This document shows positions 1-10,140 of a stretch of DNA of 64,000 bases, piece by piece. Each line of letters starts with the position of its first letter. Positions within the stretch are counted from its first letter, which is position 1. The stretch comes from Lacunisphaera sp. (GTDB lineage Bacteria; Verrucomicrobiota; Verrucomicrobiia; Opitutales; Opitutaceae). The stretch spans positions 81,498-145,497 of the forward strand of contig JBGAKQ010000003.1 in NCBI GenBank assembly GCA_044224295.1, read 5' to 3'. The notes below the pieces were generated by a model. The model did no database searches, was not told where the DNA came from, and was given only the letters and a program-made list of their open reading frames with translations. The position numbers were made by a program, and so were the translations under genes.

Positions 1-1
1 T

Positions 2-544
2 GCGGGGTGGGTCGTGCGCGACTGGATGCCGGAAATTCTCCGCGAGAAATTCCGCCTCGGCCAGGGCAAGGCGGGCGTCAGCGCCATCCTTTATGTGCAA
101 CTGGCCTCGATCGTCGGCGTCCTGGTGGGCGGGTTCCTGGCGGACGCGTGGATGCGGCGGTCCATGCGAGGGCGCATCTTCACAAGCGCGATCGGCATGG
201 CGTTTTTCCTGCCCGCGCTGTTCAGCGTGGGCCACGCCTCGACCCTGACCATGGCGATCGTGGGGTTGATCATCTTCGGCTTCGGTTGGGGCCTCTTTGA
301 TTGCAACAACATGCCGATCCTCTCGCAAATCGTCCGGCCCGAATGGCGCGCGACTGGTTATGGCTTCATGAACCTCGTCAGCATCAGCTGCGGCGGCTTC
401 GGCGACTGGGGCTTCGGCGTATTGCGCGACCGCCACGTGCCGCTCGACCTGATCTTCGGCGCGTTTGCCGGCGTGGCGCTGCTGTCGGTGTTCATCGTGC
501 TGTGCATTCGCCCAACGAAAGCGGGCGAGACGGCGCCCGCCTGA
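2..544 (+). CDS. MFS transporter, C-terminal fragment (gene begins upstream of the window)
   Basis: The frame is open from the window edge. The product is a series of hydrophobic helices with an MFS-like loop (NNMPILSQIVRPEWRATGYGFMNL). Stop at 542-544. Confidence 0.7.
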   Translation, partial: AGWVVRDWMPEILREKFRLGQGKAGVSAILYVQLASIVGVLVGGFLADAWMRRSMRGRIFTSAIGMAFFLPALFSVGHASTLTMAIVGLIIFGFGWGLFDCNNMPILSQIVRPEWRATGYGFMNLVSISCGGFGDWGFGVLRDRHVPLDLIFGAFAGVALLSVFIVLCIRPTKAGETAPA

Positions 545-550
545 TCCAAC

Positions 551-1435
551 TTACGGGTTCCGTGGGGCCGCGCGAAGTCCGGTGGGGGCGACGCCATAGG
601 CGAGCTTGAAGCGTCGGGAAAAGTGATAGGGATCGCGGAAGCCCACCTGCGCGGCTGCTTCCTTCACCAACACGCCTTCCTGCACGAGCAGCTCGGCCGC
701 GATTTCCATTTTTCGTCGCATCAAGTAGCGAAACGGGCTGAGGCCAAGGTGCTGCTGGAACAGCTTGCACGCCAGCACCGGCGAGACGCCGGTCCGGCGC
801 GCGACGTCCGCGAGCGTGCCCAGGTTGGCGGCCTCGGCGTCGATCAGCTGTTTCAACTGCGCAAATTTCCCGTAGCCCGGTTGCGGTCGGCTCGGCCGGC
901 GCGCGAGGGTTTCCTGGATCTTGAGGAGAATCAGCCGCAGCAGGAGATCGCAGGCGCGTCCGGACAACTTGGTGCGCGCCTGCCCTTCGCGGATCAGCTG
1001 GGCGAACAGCGATTGTACCTCGACGTGCGAGGCGAGTGGCACCGCCTGCCCGGGAGTCACGCCGGCGCGGGCGAGTTCCGCCGGTGCGTCGCGACCCGAC
1101 AGGCAGATGAAGTATTTGACCAGGCGCCGCACCGGGTCGGTGTGGATCTCGCAGGCGGTGTCGGGTCGGTAAGCGAACACGGACCCCGGGCCCAATGAAA
1201 ACTTGCGGCCATTCAGGACGACGTGCCCGACGCCTTCCACCACGCACTCGAGCACCGTGTAGCCATACTTGCGGCGGCGGACGACGTAGTCGGGATTGCA
1301 GTGTTCGCGTCCGCCGGCACTGATCTCGCAGCGCACCGCCGGCGCGGGCTTCAGGTTCAGGAAAAAGTACGCGGTTTCGCTGACCTGCGCGGAAAGCAGG
1401 TCGGCGGGGGGATCGGCCGGACGGGCGCCGCGCAT
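551..1435 (-). CDS. AraC family transcriptional regulator (cupin sensor domain plus C-terminal HTH)
   Basis: The 294-aa ORF has a C-terminus typical of the AraC HTH ([41 protein letters not shown]...[17 protein letters not shown]). It is divergent from the isomerase gene. Confidence 0.85.
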   Translation of the reverse strand: MRGARPADPPADLLSAQVSETAYFFLNLKPAPAVRCEISAGGREHCNPDYVVRRRKYGYTVLECVVEGVGHVVLNGRKFSLGPGSVFAYRPDTACEIHTDPVRRLVKYFICLSGRDAPAELARAGVTPGQAVPLASHVEVQSLFAQLIREGQARTKLSGRACDLLLRLILLKIQETLARRPSRPQPGYGKFAQLKQLIDAEAANLGTLADVARRTGVSPVLACKLFQQHLGLSPFRYLMRRKMEIAAELLVQEGVLVKEAAAQVGFRDPYHFSRRFKLAYGVAPTGLRAAPRNP

Positions 1436-1469
1436 CCCCGACGCCTATCAGAACCGGAAATTATATCCA

Positions 1470-1483
1470 TGCTTTTGAAAGCA
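1470..1483. promoter_or_regulatory. Candidate operator: 14-bp palindrome TGCTTT-TG-AAAGCA in the AraC/isomerase divergent promoter region
   Basis: Two perfect 6-bp inverted arms read directly from the sequence. The site is AT-rich within very GC-rich DNA and lies between divergent genes. Confidence 0.25.
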
Positions 1484-1551
1484 CGGGCATCTCAATCCCC
1501 TCGCAAACCGGCGCCATCGGGGGATCGTGTTGGGTTCCACCCCCGGAAATC

Positions 1552-3177
1552 ATGTCCCGCTCCGCCAAGACCGTCCTGCTCGTCGCCAACGGCGACCTCC
1601 GTCAATCCGCCAACCAAGTGTGCTGGCCCGCCCAGGCCGCCATGGAAAAGAAGCTCGCCGCCGCCGTGGCAGGCGCGGGCTACAAGCTAGTACGGGCGCA
1701 CCCTTACAAGCCGGCCGTGAAGCACGGCTTCATTGCGTCGCAGCAGGAGGGGCTCGCAGTTTTCGCCCAGCTCGATCCGGAGGCGCCGTTGATCGTCGCC
1801 GAGGCGGTCTGGCAATACTCGCATCACCTGCTGGCCGGCTTGATGAGCCATCGCGGGCCGATCCTCACGGTCGCCAATTGGAGCGGCCAGTGGCCGGGCC
1901 TCGTGGGCATGTTGAACCTCAACGGCTCGCTCACAAAAGCGGGCGTGAAGTACTCGACGCTGTGGAGTGATAATTTTGACGACGAGAAATTCCTCGGGGG
2001 GTTGACGCGCTGGCTCAAGACGGGCGTCACGACCCACCGCACGCCGCATGTGCGTCCGTTTGCGAAGTCCCGCGTGCCGGCCAAGGCCCGCACGGTGGCG
2101 GCGCGCATCGCGCAGGACCTGCGGTTGAAGAAGTCGATCATGGGCATCTTCGACGAGGGCTGCATGGGCATGTACAATGCCATCATCCCGGATGACCTCC
2201 TGTACCAGGTCGGCGTCTGCAAGGAGCGCCTTTCGCAATCCGCGCTTTATTATGGCGCCACGCAGGTAACCGACGCGGAGGCCAAGGCAGTCTACAGCTG
2301 GTACCTCAAGAAGGGCTTCAAATTCCACTTCGGGAAAAACCCGGAAACCGAACTCACCAAGGAGCAGGTGCTTTGGCAGTGCAAAACCTACGTTGCCGCC
2401 TGCCGCATCGCGGATGAGTTCGGCTGCGAATCGATCGGCATCCAGTACCAGCAGGGCTTGAAGGACCTGTTGCCGGCGTCCGATCTCGTCGAGGGCACGC
2501 TCAATTCCACGGACCGTCCGCCGGTGAAGAATGCCGCCGGCAAGGTGATTCGTCCGGGGCAGCCCATCGTGCATTTCAACGAAGTCGACGAATGCGCCGG
2601 CCTCGACGGCCTGTTCACGAATCGCGTGCACGCCGCGCTCGGCCAGCCGCTCGCGAACACGCTGCACGATTTGCGCTGGGGTGATTGGGACAAGTCCGGC
2701 ACGACCGACGAGTATGTGTGGGTCTTCCTGATTTCCGGCAGCGCCCCCGCGGATCACCACGTGGGCGGCTGGGCGGGCTCCGACTCGCTGCGGCAACCGC
2801 CGATGTATTTCCGTCTGGGTGGCGGCACCCTGCGCGGCGTCGCCAAGCCCGGCGAAATCGTCTGGAGCCGCGTGTTCGTGCAGGGCGGCAAACTAAAGAT
2901 GGACATCGGTCGCGCCAAGGTGATCACGCTGCCCGCCGCCGAGACCGAGCGTCGCTGGAAGGAAACGACGCCGCAGTGGCCGATCATGCATGCGGTCACG
3001 TATGGCGTGGATCGCGACCTGATGATGGCGCGCCACCAGGCCAACCACATCCAGGTCGCCTACGCCAACAGCGCCGCCGCCGCGGACCTCGCCGCCTACA
3101 CCAAGGCCGCGCTCGCCGCGGACCTCGGCATCGAGGTTTCCTTCTGCGGCACGAAGGCGGACGGGTCGGCGTTTTAG
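1552..3177 (+). CDS. L-fucose isomerase-like sugar isomerase (FucI/AraA superfamily)
   Basis: 541 aa. The N-terminal [13 protein letters not shown], the [28 protein letters not shown] block and the [15 protein letters not shown] block parallel the FucI architecture as I remember it. No search was run. Confidence 0.55.
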   Translation: MSRSAKTVLLVANGDLRQSANQVCWPAQAAMEKKLAAAVAGAGYKLVRAHPYKPAVKHGFIASQQEGLAVFAQLDPEAPLIVAEAVWQYSHHLLAGLMSHRGPILTVANWSGQWPGLVGMLNLNGSLTKAGVKYSTLWSDNFDDEKFLGGLTRWLKTGVTTHRTPHVRPFAKSRVPAKARTVAARIAQDLRLKKSIMGIFDEGCMGMYNAIIPDDLLYQVGVCKERLSQSALYYGATQVTDAEAKAVYSWYLKKGFKFHFGKNPETELTKEQVLWQCKTYVAACRIADEFGCESIGIQYQQGLKDLLPASDLVEGTLNSTDRPPVKNAAGKVIRPGQPIVHFNEVDECAGLDGLFTNRVHAALGQPLANTLHDLRWGDWDKSGTTDEYVWVFLISGSAPADHHVGGWAGSDSLRQPPMYFRLGGGTLRGVAKPGEIVWSRVFVQGGKLKMDIGRAKVITLPAAETERRWKETTPQWPIMHAVTYGVDRDLMMARHQANHIQVAYANSAAAADLAAYTKAALAADLGIEVSFCGTKADGSAF

Positions 3178-3180
3178 TCT

Positions 3181-3255
3181 ATCGTTCTCGTTCTCTTAAT
3201 CGTAATCGTTCTCTCCTAAAGGTAACGAGAGAACGATTACGAGAACGAGAATGAT
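3181..3255. repeat. Palindromic repeat family D (AATCGTTCTCGTTCTCTTAATC type), copy 1; long hairpin between convergent genes, probable bidirectional terminator
   Basis: Perfect 15-bp stem CGTAATCGTTCTCTC / GAGAGAACGATTACG, plus an outer arm ATCGTTCTCGTTCT / AGAACGAGAATGAT. The same arm sequence recurs at 21413-21503. Confidence 0.7.
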
Positions 3256-4749
3256 TCATGCAAACCACGGACGCAGCGTTCGGCTGAGTTCGTCGTGTTT
3301 CGACTGCAGGTCGACGTAGAGCGCGCGGTTCTTTTTGTCCGGCGTGCAGCGGGTGCGCTCGTCGAGGGCGACAATGCGGCGGGTGAAATCGCTCAGCTTG
3401 GCTTTGCGGTTCTCGCGCAGCGCGACGCACCACGCGGCCTGCAGCGCGCCGCCAAGCGCGGCGCCTTCGTCCTCAACCATCGCGACGACTGACACGCCGA
3501 AAATGTCGGCCATCAACTGACGCCAGGCGGCGGAACGCGCGCCGCCGCCCGTCACGCGAATCTCGCGCGGCTTGATGCCGAGCGCGGCCAGGCGGCGCAG
3601 GCCGTAGTTCATATTGAGGGTGACGCCTTCCATCGCGGCCCGGGCGAGTCCGCCCGCCGTGAGCGAGTGACGGTTCAAACCGGCGAGCACGCCGGTGGCC
3701 CGCGGCAGGTTCGGCGTCCGTTCGCCGTCGAAGTAGGGGAGCAAGGAGAGCCCGCCGGCGCCGGCGGGGGTCGTGAGCACGGCATTCTCGAGCGCCGCGT
3801 GGTCCCAGCCGAAAAGCTGGCGGACCTGTTCCGTGACGAGCGTCACGTTCATGGTGCACAGCAGCGGCATCCAGCCGCCGGTCGACGAGCAGAACGCCGC
3901 GATCTCGCCGCGCGGGTCAATCACAGGTTGGTTGCTGTGCGCGTAGATCGTGCCACTCGTGCCAAAGCTCGCGCTAACGACGCCCGGCGTGACGTTTCCG
4001 GTGCCAATTGCGCCCATCATGTTGTCGCCGCCGCCGGCGCTCACCACGACGTCGGCCGGGAAACCGTACTTCGCCGCCAATTCCGGCCGCAAGGTGCCCG
4101 CGGCATCCTGCGACGCCGAGAGCGGCGGCAGCCAGTCCTCGAGGTTCTTGTCGATTGCGCGCAGGACCTTGGCGGACCACGTGCGCTTCCGGACGTCCAT
4201 CAGCGCCGTGCCCGAGGCATCGCCCGGCTCCATGAAATAATTCCCGGTCAGATGGTAGTTGAGGTAATCGTGCGGCAGCAGCACGTGGCGCAGTTTCCGG
4301 AAATTTTCCGGCTCGTGCCGTTTCAACCAGAGAATCTTTGGCGCCGTGTAGCCCGGCAGGAACGGCAGGCCGGCGGTGCGAATCACGGCCGCGGTGCCGC
4401 CGAGCTTCTTCGTGAGCAGCGCGCATTCCGCCGTCGTGCTCGTGTCGCACCACAATTTCGCGGGGCGAATCACCGAGCCATCGGCGGCGAGGGGCACGAA
4501 GCCATGTTGCTGGCCGGAAACGCCGATGCCGCGGACGCGCGAGCGGTCGATCTTGGCGGCGACGGCGGCGATGGTGGCGTCGAGCGCGGCGGTCCATTCC
4601 GCCGGATGCTGTTCCATGTGTCCGGGCGGGAGCCCCGCGATAAGCGAGTGGGGCGCGCGGGCCTCGGCCACGATGCGGCCGGTGTCGAGGTCGAGCGCGA
4701 CCGCCTTGGTGCTCTGGGTGCCACTGTCGATGCCGATGAAGAGAGCCAT
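3256..4749 (-). CDS. xylB: Xylulokinase (FGGY carbohydrate kinase)
   Basis: The start is trimmed to the ATG at 4749, giving MALFIGIDSGTQSTKAVALDLDTGRIV. Internal GVSGQQHGFVPL and C-terminal FGGY motifs are present. The extension to 4962 has no kinase-like sequence. Confidence 0.9.
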   Translation of the reverse strand: MALFIGIDSGTQSTKAVALDLDTGRIVAEARAPHSLIAGLPPGHMEQHPAEWTAALDATIAAVAAKIDRSRVRGIGVSGQQHGFVPLAADGSVIRPAKLWCDTSTTAECALLTKKLGGTAAVIRTAGLPFLPGYTAPKILWLKRHEPENFRKLRHVLLPHDYLNYHLTGNYFMEPGDASGTALMDVRKRTWSAKVLRAIDKNLEDWLPPLSASQDAAGTLRPELAAKYGFPADVVVSAGGGDNMMGAIGTGNVTPGVVSASFGTSGTIYAHSNQPVIDPRGEIAAFCSSTGGWMPLLCTMNVTLVTEQVRQLFGWDHAALENAVLTTPAGAGGLSLLPYFDGERTPNLPRATGVLAGLNRHSLTAGGLARAAMEGVTLNMNYGLRRLAALGIKPREIRVTGGGARSAAWRQLMADIFGVSVVAMVEDEGAALGGALQAAWCVALRENRKAKLSDFTRRIVALDERTRCTPDKKNRALYVDLQSKHDELSRTLRPWFA

Positions 4750-4871
4750 GGTAAGATTGGGGTAGAGTAGGGTGGGTGGCGGGCCTATGGAAAGCCATGA
4801 AACGCGGCCTGGCCCGCTCGACCCTGTCATCCATGACCACCCGTCCGGGGCGCGCCGACGCGACCGATGCA

Positions 4872-4884
4872 CTAATGTTAGACT
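4872..4884. promoter_or_regulatory. Candidate operator CTAATGTTAGACT in the xylB / TonB-receptor divergent region
   Basis: An AT-rich motif that shares CTAA-N3-TAGACT with 25100-25112, upstream of xylA/LacI. It also forms the direct repeat ACTAAT-N5-ACTAAT. Confidence 0.2.
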
Positions 4885-5039
4885 AATCGGCCTTTTGATT
4901 TCCCCGCGGCGCTTCTGTTGTTTCGCCGCGCTGGCTACCCCCTTGGCCATTTCACCCCACACCCCTGTTTTCTAGTGCCGACCCCTGCGCGCCCTGCGGC
5001 TCTGCTCGAGTCTGCTCACGGACTACCCTAACCCCGATC

Positions 5040-8000
5040 ATGAAAAACGTAAGAAACTCCCTGACCGCGCTTGCCCTGCTGGCTGGCGCGTGGCCGCTGT
5101 CCGCGCAAACCGCGTCGACAACCCCCACCCAGCCCGCCGCCCGGACGGACGTCCCGGTGGTCAACCGGCTGGAAGATGACGAGGCGGTCCAGCTCACCCC
5201 GTTCGAGGTGCGCTCGACCAAGGACACGGGCTACCAGGCGACCGAGACGCTGGCGGGCACGCGCATCCGCACCGACCTGAAGGACGTCGGCGGCGCGCTC
5301 TCCGTCTACACCAAGGAATTCCTCAAGGACATCGGCGCGACCGACAACGCCAGCCTCCTGCAATACACCACCAACGCGGAGGTCGCGGGCACCCGCGGTA
5401 CCTACGCCGGCTTGGGCAACGGCACGAGCGTGGACGAGACGAGCAACCTGCGCGCCCCGGGCGGCGCCCAGCGCGTCCGTGGCCTCGCCGCGGCGGACAA
5501 CACCCGCGACTTCTTTGTCACGGACATCCCGTGGGACTCCTACAACGTCGACCGCATCGACATCCAGCGCGGCCCCAACTCCATCCTCTTTGGCCTCGGC
5601 AGCCCCGCGGGCATCGTGAATGCGACGACGCGCAGCGCGGAATTCCGCAACCTCGGCAGCGTCGAGGCCCGCTTCGGTTCCTTCGGCAGCTTCCGCACGA
5701 GCGTCGATTTGAACCAGGTGATCATTCCCAAGCTGCTCGCGATCCGCGTCGACGGCCTGTGGAACGACGAGAAGTTCCAGCAGAAGCCGGCCCATCAGGA
5801 CGACCGCCGATATTACGGCGCCGTGCGCTTTGAGCCGCAGTTGTTCAAGCGGCAGGACTTCCACACGTCGATCAAGGCCAAGTACGAGCATGGCAGCGTC
5901 GACGCCAACCGCGCGCGCATCGTGCCGCCGGCCGACAGCCTGACGCCCTGGTTCCGCCCGGTGAACAACACCAGCCTCGATGGCGGCATGGGCAAACTCT
6001 CGGTCAACAATGGCTATGAAATCGGCGCCAATCCGGCGGGCACCAACCCGTGGCTCAGCGGCGGCCCGGCCGACCAGCAGCAGCCGATCTGGTTCATCGA
6101 CGGCACCACGGACCAGCTGTACCGCATCTATGGCGGTTACGTGAACACCGGCGCCCGCAACAACGACGGCTCAAACCGTGGCGCCGCCGGCAGCTTGATC
6201 GGCCAGCGCTTCGCCAACGAATTCTTCGGCGTCACCAGCCTCTCGACGTTCGCCAACAACGCGCGCCTGCCGGGTTTCCAGTACGGCCAGTATCGCCAGG
6301 CGTCCCTGCGCGATTCGTCGGTGTTCAACTTCTACGACAACCTGATCGATGGTGACACCAAGAAGGAAACGGAGGGCTGGAACGCCTTCAATCTCGACCT
6401 GAGCCAGACCGGCTGGGGCGACCGCTTCGGCATCCAGCTGAATTTCGATCGCCAAGCCTACAAGCGCGACGGCCAGGCGCTGCTCGGCAACCCGACCCTG
6501 AACATCGACGTGCTCCGCAATTTCCAGGACCTCACCGCGAATCCGAACTACGGCCGGCCGTACATCGTGGGCGGCCCGGGCAGCGGCAACTCCTACCGCA
6601 GCGAGCGTGAATACCTGCGCGGTTCCGTGTTCGGCGAAATCCGTGCGACCGACTTTTTCAGCGCCGACAGCTTCCTGGCGAAACTCCTGGGCAAGCACCG
6701 CCTCAACGGCGTCTACAGCGGCGAAGACTACAACACCGAGGTGCGCGAGTGGCGCATGTATGCCCACAGCCAGGAATGGGCGGGCTATTGGAACCAGACC
6801 AACGGCGCGAGCTCGAGCTTCCAGGACCGCCCGCCGGTCAGCGTGATCTACCTCGGATCGTCGCTGGCAAACGCCAGTTCCGCGACCGGCGCGAACCTCT
6901 CGCGCGTGCTCGCGCCCGTCGCGCTGCAGAACGGCGCCGTCTACCACTTCGCCTCGACCTGGACCAATCCGCCGGGCGTGAACTTCAGCGACCCGTACAC
7001 CGTCCCGGCCGCCCTGCTGCCGATCTTCGACCCCGCGACCGCCACCACCCAGGCTTCGAACCCGGCCAACTACATCGGCTGGAACAGTGGCTTCACGGAC
7101 AATCTCTGGCGGTACGATGACGGCAAGGACCCGCGGCTCCTCACCAAGGCCCAAAAGACCAAGCGCGTGACGACCTCCTACGCGGGCTCGTGGCAGGCCT
7201 ATCTCTGGAACGACGCCCTCGTGGCCACGTTGGGCTGGCGCTACGATGAAGTGAAGGGCAAGGCCGTCAGCGCGGCGCCCCAGCCGCTCAATCGCAGCAT
7301 CCTCAACCTCGCGGACACCGTTTACAAGCTGCCCGACACCTACCCGACGAACCAGATCTTCAAGGATCACTCGACGAGCGGCGGCGCGGTGCTGCACTTG
7401 AACAAACTGTTCCCCAAGCACGACCCGCTGCCGCTGAACGTCAGCCTCTCGTACAACAAGTCCGACAACTTCCAGGTCACCGATACGCGACGCGACGTCT
7501 ATGGCAATCCGATCGGCAACCCGACCGGCCGCACCAAGGACTTCGGCCTCCTGCTTTCAACGAAGGACGGCAAGTACTCCTTCCGCGCCACCAAGTACGA
7601 GACCTCCGTGGCCAACGCCAGCACCCAGCTGGACCTCGGCGGCCTCGCCAATACGATCCAACAGGGCCTCCGCTTCCGCAACGTGTTCCTTTACCGCCTG
7701 TCGGCTTACACCTGGGACACCCGCGAGCAGACCAACCTTTCGCCGGGCCAGCGCTATTTCTGGACGCCAGCTTACCTCGATGCCAACGGCCGCCCGGTCG
7801 CCGACCTGAATGGCACGCCGACGCCGCCGTCGGGTGCGGTGCTTGAAACGCAGGCGCAGGCGGACGCGCACCGCGACGCCTCAATCCGCGCCTGGAACGC
7901 GATCCAAAAGACCCTCGCGGCCCGCGGTTACTTCGGTGCGTGGGGCTACAGCCCGACCACCCTCGCGGCCCTCACCGACCGCGCGACCTACGAGGCAACC

Positions 8001-8783
8001 CTCACGCTCGCGGGTTCTCCCGACGGCAAGCTGATCCCGTCCTCCCAGTACCAGCCCGACATCGCGACCGTCTTCCCGTATGTCTCGATCGCGCCCCCGG
8101 GCCTCTCCGTCACCGCCGACACGCAGTCCAAGGGCTACGAGTTCGAACTCACCGCCAACCCGACCCGCAACTGGCGCGTCAGCCTGAACGCGTCGCAGAC
8201 GGCGGCCATCCGCACCAATGTCGGCGGCCCGGTTCTCGACGAACTGGTGAGTTACATGGACACGCAAATCGCGGGTGTTGCCGGCGACATGCGCCAGTTC
8301 AACGGCAACTACGTTGCCTCGAACGAAGTTCGCCAAAACTGGGCCAACTGGCGCGGTCAATACACCCTCCTCAAACTCCAGGAAGGTGCGGCTGCCTCCG
8401 AACTCCGCAAGTGGCGCTATAATTTCGTCACCAACTACTCGTTCCGCGAGGGCAAGCTCAAGGGCGCCGGCGTGGGCGGCAGCTACCGTTGGCAGGACAA
8501 GGTGGTCATCGGTTATCCGGTCATTGCCGGCACGGGCGGCCTCGCGAGCTTCGACCTGAGCAAGCCCTACTACGGCCCGTCGGAGTCCTCCGTCGACGTC
8601 TGGGGCAGCTACGAGCACCGCCTGACGAAGAAGATCAACTGGAAGATCCAGCTGAACATCCGCAACCTCTTCGGCAAGGAAGAGCTGATTCCGATCTCGG
8701 TCCAACCGGACGGCAAGACGTGGGCCTCGGTCCGCATCGCGCCGAACCGCGAGTGGTTCGTGACGAATACCTTCAGCTTCTAA
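5040..8783 (+). CDS. TonB-dependent outer-membrane receptor (very large, 1247 aa)
   Basis: Signal peptide MKNVRNSLTALALLAGAWPLSAQ. Plug-like region (DVGGALSVYTKEFLKDIGATD, IDIQRGPNSILFGLGSPAGIVN). Long beta-rich body ending in the terminal aromatic motif ...TNTFSF. Confidence 0.88.
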   Translation: MKNVRNSLTALALLAGAWPLSAQTASTTPTQPAARTDVPVVNRLEDDEAVQLTPFEVRSTKDTGYQATETLAGTRIRTDLKDVGGALSVYTKEFLKDIGATDNASLLQYTTNAEVAGTRGTYAGLGNGTSVDETSNLRAPGGAQRVRGLAAADNTRDFFVTDIPWDSYNVDRIDIQRGPNSILFGLGSPAGIVNATTRSAEFRNLGSVEARFGSFGSFRTSVDLNQVIIPKLLAIRVDGLWNDEKFQQKPAHQDDRRYYGAVRFEPQLFKRQDFHTSIKAKYEHGSVDANRARIVPPADSLTPWFRPVNNTSLDGGMGKLSVNNGYEIGANPAGTNPWLSGGPADQQQPIWFIDGTTDQLYRIYGGYVNTGARNNDGSNRGAAGSLIGQRFANEFFGVTSLSTFANNARLPGFQYGQYRQASLRDSSVFNFYDNLIDGDTKKETEGWNAFNLDLSQTGWGDRFGIQLNFDRQAYKRDGQALLGNPTLNIDVLRNFQDLTANPNYGRPYIVGGPGSGNSYRSEREYLRGSVFGEIRATDFFSADSFLAKLLGKHRLNGVYSGEDYNTEVREWRMYAHSQEWAGYWNQTNGASSSFQDRPPVSVIYLGSSLANASSATGANLSRVLAPVALQNGAVYHFASTWTNPPGVNFSDPYTVPAALLPIFDPATATTQASNPANYIGWNSGFTDNLWRYDDGKDPRLLTKAQKTKRVTTSYAGSWQAYLWNDALVATLGWRYDEVKGKAVSAAPQPLNRSILNLADTVYKLPDTYPTNQIFKDHSTSGGAVLHLNKLFPKHDPLPLNVSLSYNKSDNFQVTDTRRDVYGNPIGNPTGRTKDFGLLLSTKDGKYSFRATKYETSVANASTQLDLGGLANTIQQGLRFRNVFLYRLSAYTWDTREQTNLSPGQRYFWTPAYLDANGRPVADLNGTPTPPSGAVLETQAQADAHRDASIRAWNAIQKTLAARGYFGAWGYSPTTLAALTDRATYEATLTLAGSPDGKLIPSSQYQPDIATVFPYVSIAPPGLSVTADTQSKGYEFELTANPTRNWRVSLNASQTAAIRTNVGGPVLDELVSYMDTQIAGVAGDMRQFNGNYVASNEVRQNWANWRGQYTLLKLQEGAAASELRKWRYNFVTNYSFREGKLKGAGVGGSYRWQDKVVIGYPVIAGTGGLASFDLSKPYYGPSESSVDVWGSYEHRLTKKINWKIQLNIRNLFGKEELIPISVQPDGKTWASVRIAPNREWFVTNTFSF

Positions 8784-8850
8784 TCCAACCGGGGCCGGTT
8801 TGCCTGGCTTCCGGCCCCCCGGACCGCAAATCCGCTCTTTTCTCTGCGCA

Positions 8851-8888
8851 ACGGCCCGCTAGCACCAGTGCTGCGGGCCGTTTTCTTA
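8851..8888 (+). terminator. Rho-independent terminator after the TonB receptor
   Basis: Stem ACGGCCCGC / GCGGGCCGT (8851-8859 and 8873-8881) followed by TTTTCTT. Confidence 0.55.
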
Positions 8889-8915
8889 TCCACCTGCAAC
8901 CCCAACCACCCCGTG

Positions 8916-10133
8916 ATGAAAGCCGCTCTTGGCCGCGCCTGCCTCGCCCTGCTGTTGGCCTGTGGGCTCACCGCGGCCGCCGCCGATCGTTGGGTCGGCA
9001 CCTGGGCCACTTCGCCCATCACGGAGAATGTGGACGCCAACACGCCGGCCTTCGCCGACGCAACGCTGCGCCAGACCGTGCGGATTTCCGTCGGCGGCGC
9101 GCGCGTGCGCCTGCGTCTCTCCAATGCCTTCGGTCGCACCGCGCTGGAATTGACCGGCGTTGAACTCGCCCGGTCGGAGGACGGCACCGCCCTCGGGGCC
9201 ACGACGTCAAGACCGCTGACCTTCAACGGTCGGCCCGAAGTCGTCATCCCGGCGGGTGCCGTCATGGTCTCGGACCCGCTCGACCTGGAATTGCCGGCCC
9301 TGGCCGACCTGGTCATCACGCTGCGCTTTGCCCGCGTTCCGGAAATCATCACCGGCCACCCGGGCGCGCGGGCCACGGCGTGGTGGCGCAAGACGGCCGA
9401 CGTCACGCCGGACAACTGGGCACAAGCCGCGCGCGTTGACCGCTGGTATTTCATCACCGGGCTCGACGTCGAGACAAACGCCGCGCCGCGCGCCGTGGTG
9501 TTGCTCGGCGATTCGATCACCGATGGCTACGGCGTGAAACCCGGGCAACATTCACGCTGGACCGACGGCCTGTCGCGCCGCCTGCGCGCCGACCCGGCGC
9601 TCGCGGACATCGGCGTCCTTAACCAGGGCATCGGTGGCAACCGCCTGCTGCGTGACGGCAACGGGCCGAACATCCTGGCCCGCTTCGAGCGCGATGTGCT
9701 GGCGCAGACGGGTGCGCGCTGGCTGGTGGTTTTTGCGGGGATCAACGACATTGGCACCCGCCTTGACGCGAAAAAGAAAGGTGAGCCGTACGCCAGCGTC
9801 CCGGAGATCATCGGCGCCCTCGACCAGGTCGCGACCCGCGCGCGCAGCGCCGGCCTCAAGGTCTACGGGGCGACCATCACGCCTTATGGCGGCGCCGGCT
9901 TCTATTGGAGCGAGGATGGCGAAGCCGATCGCCAGACGGTGAACCGATGGATTCGCGAGAGCGGGCGGTTTGATGTGGTCATCGATTTCGACGCCGCTTT
10001 GCGCGACCCGGCGGACCCATCCCGACTGCAACCCGCTTTCGACAGTGGTGATCACCTGCACCCTTCCCACGCGGGCTACGCGGAAATGGCGCGTTTCGTC
10101 GATCTCAACCTGTTCCGCGATCCGGTGCGCTGA
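8916..10133 (+). CDS. SGNH/GDSL-family hydrolase (probable carbohydrate esterase), secreted
   Basis: The ATG at 8916 gives the signal peptide [27 protein letters not shown] blocks are present: [34 protein letters not shown]. The earlier GTG start at 8868 lies inside the terminator hairpin. Confidence 0.8.
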   Translation: MKAALGRACLALLLACGLTAAAADRWVGTWATSPITENVDANTPAFADATLRQTVRISVGGARVRLRLSNAFGRTALELTGVELARSEDGTALGATTSRPLTFNGRPEVVIPAGAVMVSDPLDLELPALADLVITLRFARVPEIITGHPGARATAWWRKTADVTPDNWAQAARVDRWYFITGLDVETNAAPRAVVLLGDSITDGYGVKPGQHSRWTDGLSRRLRADPALADIGVLNQGIGGNRLLRDGNGPNILARFERDVLAQTGARWLVVFAGINDIGTRLDAKKKGEPYASVPEIIGALDQVATRARSAGLKVYGATITPYGGAGFYWSEDGEADRQTVNRWIRESGRFDVVIDFDAALRDPADPSRLQPAFDSGDHLHPSHAGYAEMARFVDLNLFRDPVR

Positions 10134-10140
10134 TCCAGCC

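Noticed and set aside
1687-2796. 369-aa ORF antisense to the FucI-like isomerase gene
   Set aside because: Its composition is Arg/Ala/Gly/Pro-rich, typical of the antisense frame of a high-GC gene, with no recognisable motif. The opposite strand has a coherent enzyme-like product. The same reasoning applies to 11121-12803(-), 12821-14407(-), 37519-38991(+), 42407-43804(-) and 19944-21467(+).
4750-4962. N-terminal extensions of xylB (to 4962); similarly aguA (to 20235), PepSY (to 37345), uxuA (from 15004), CE4-GH10 (from 12719) and MFS (from 52653)
   Set aside because: The extensions are Arg/Pro-rich, overlap neighbouring genes or intergenic repeats, and precede obvious native N-termini (signal peptides or conserved first motifs) that have their own ATG.
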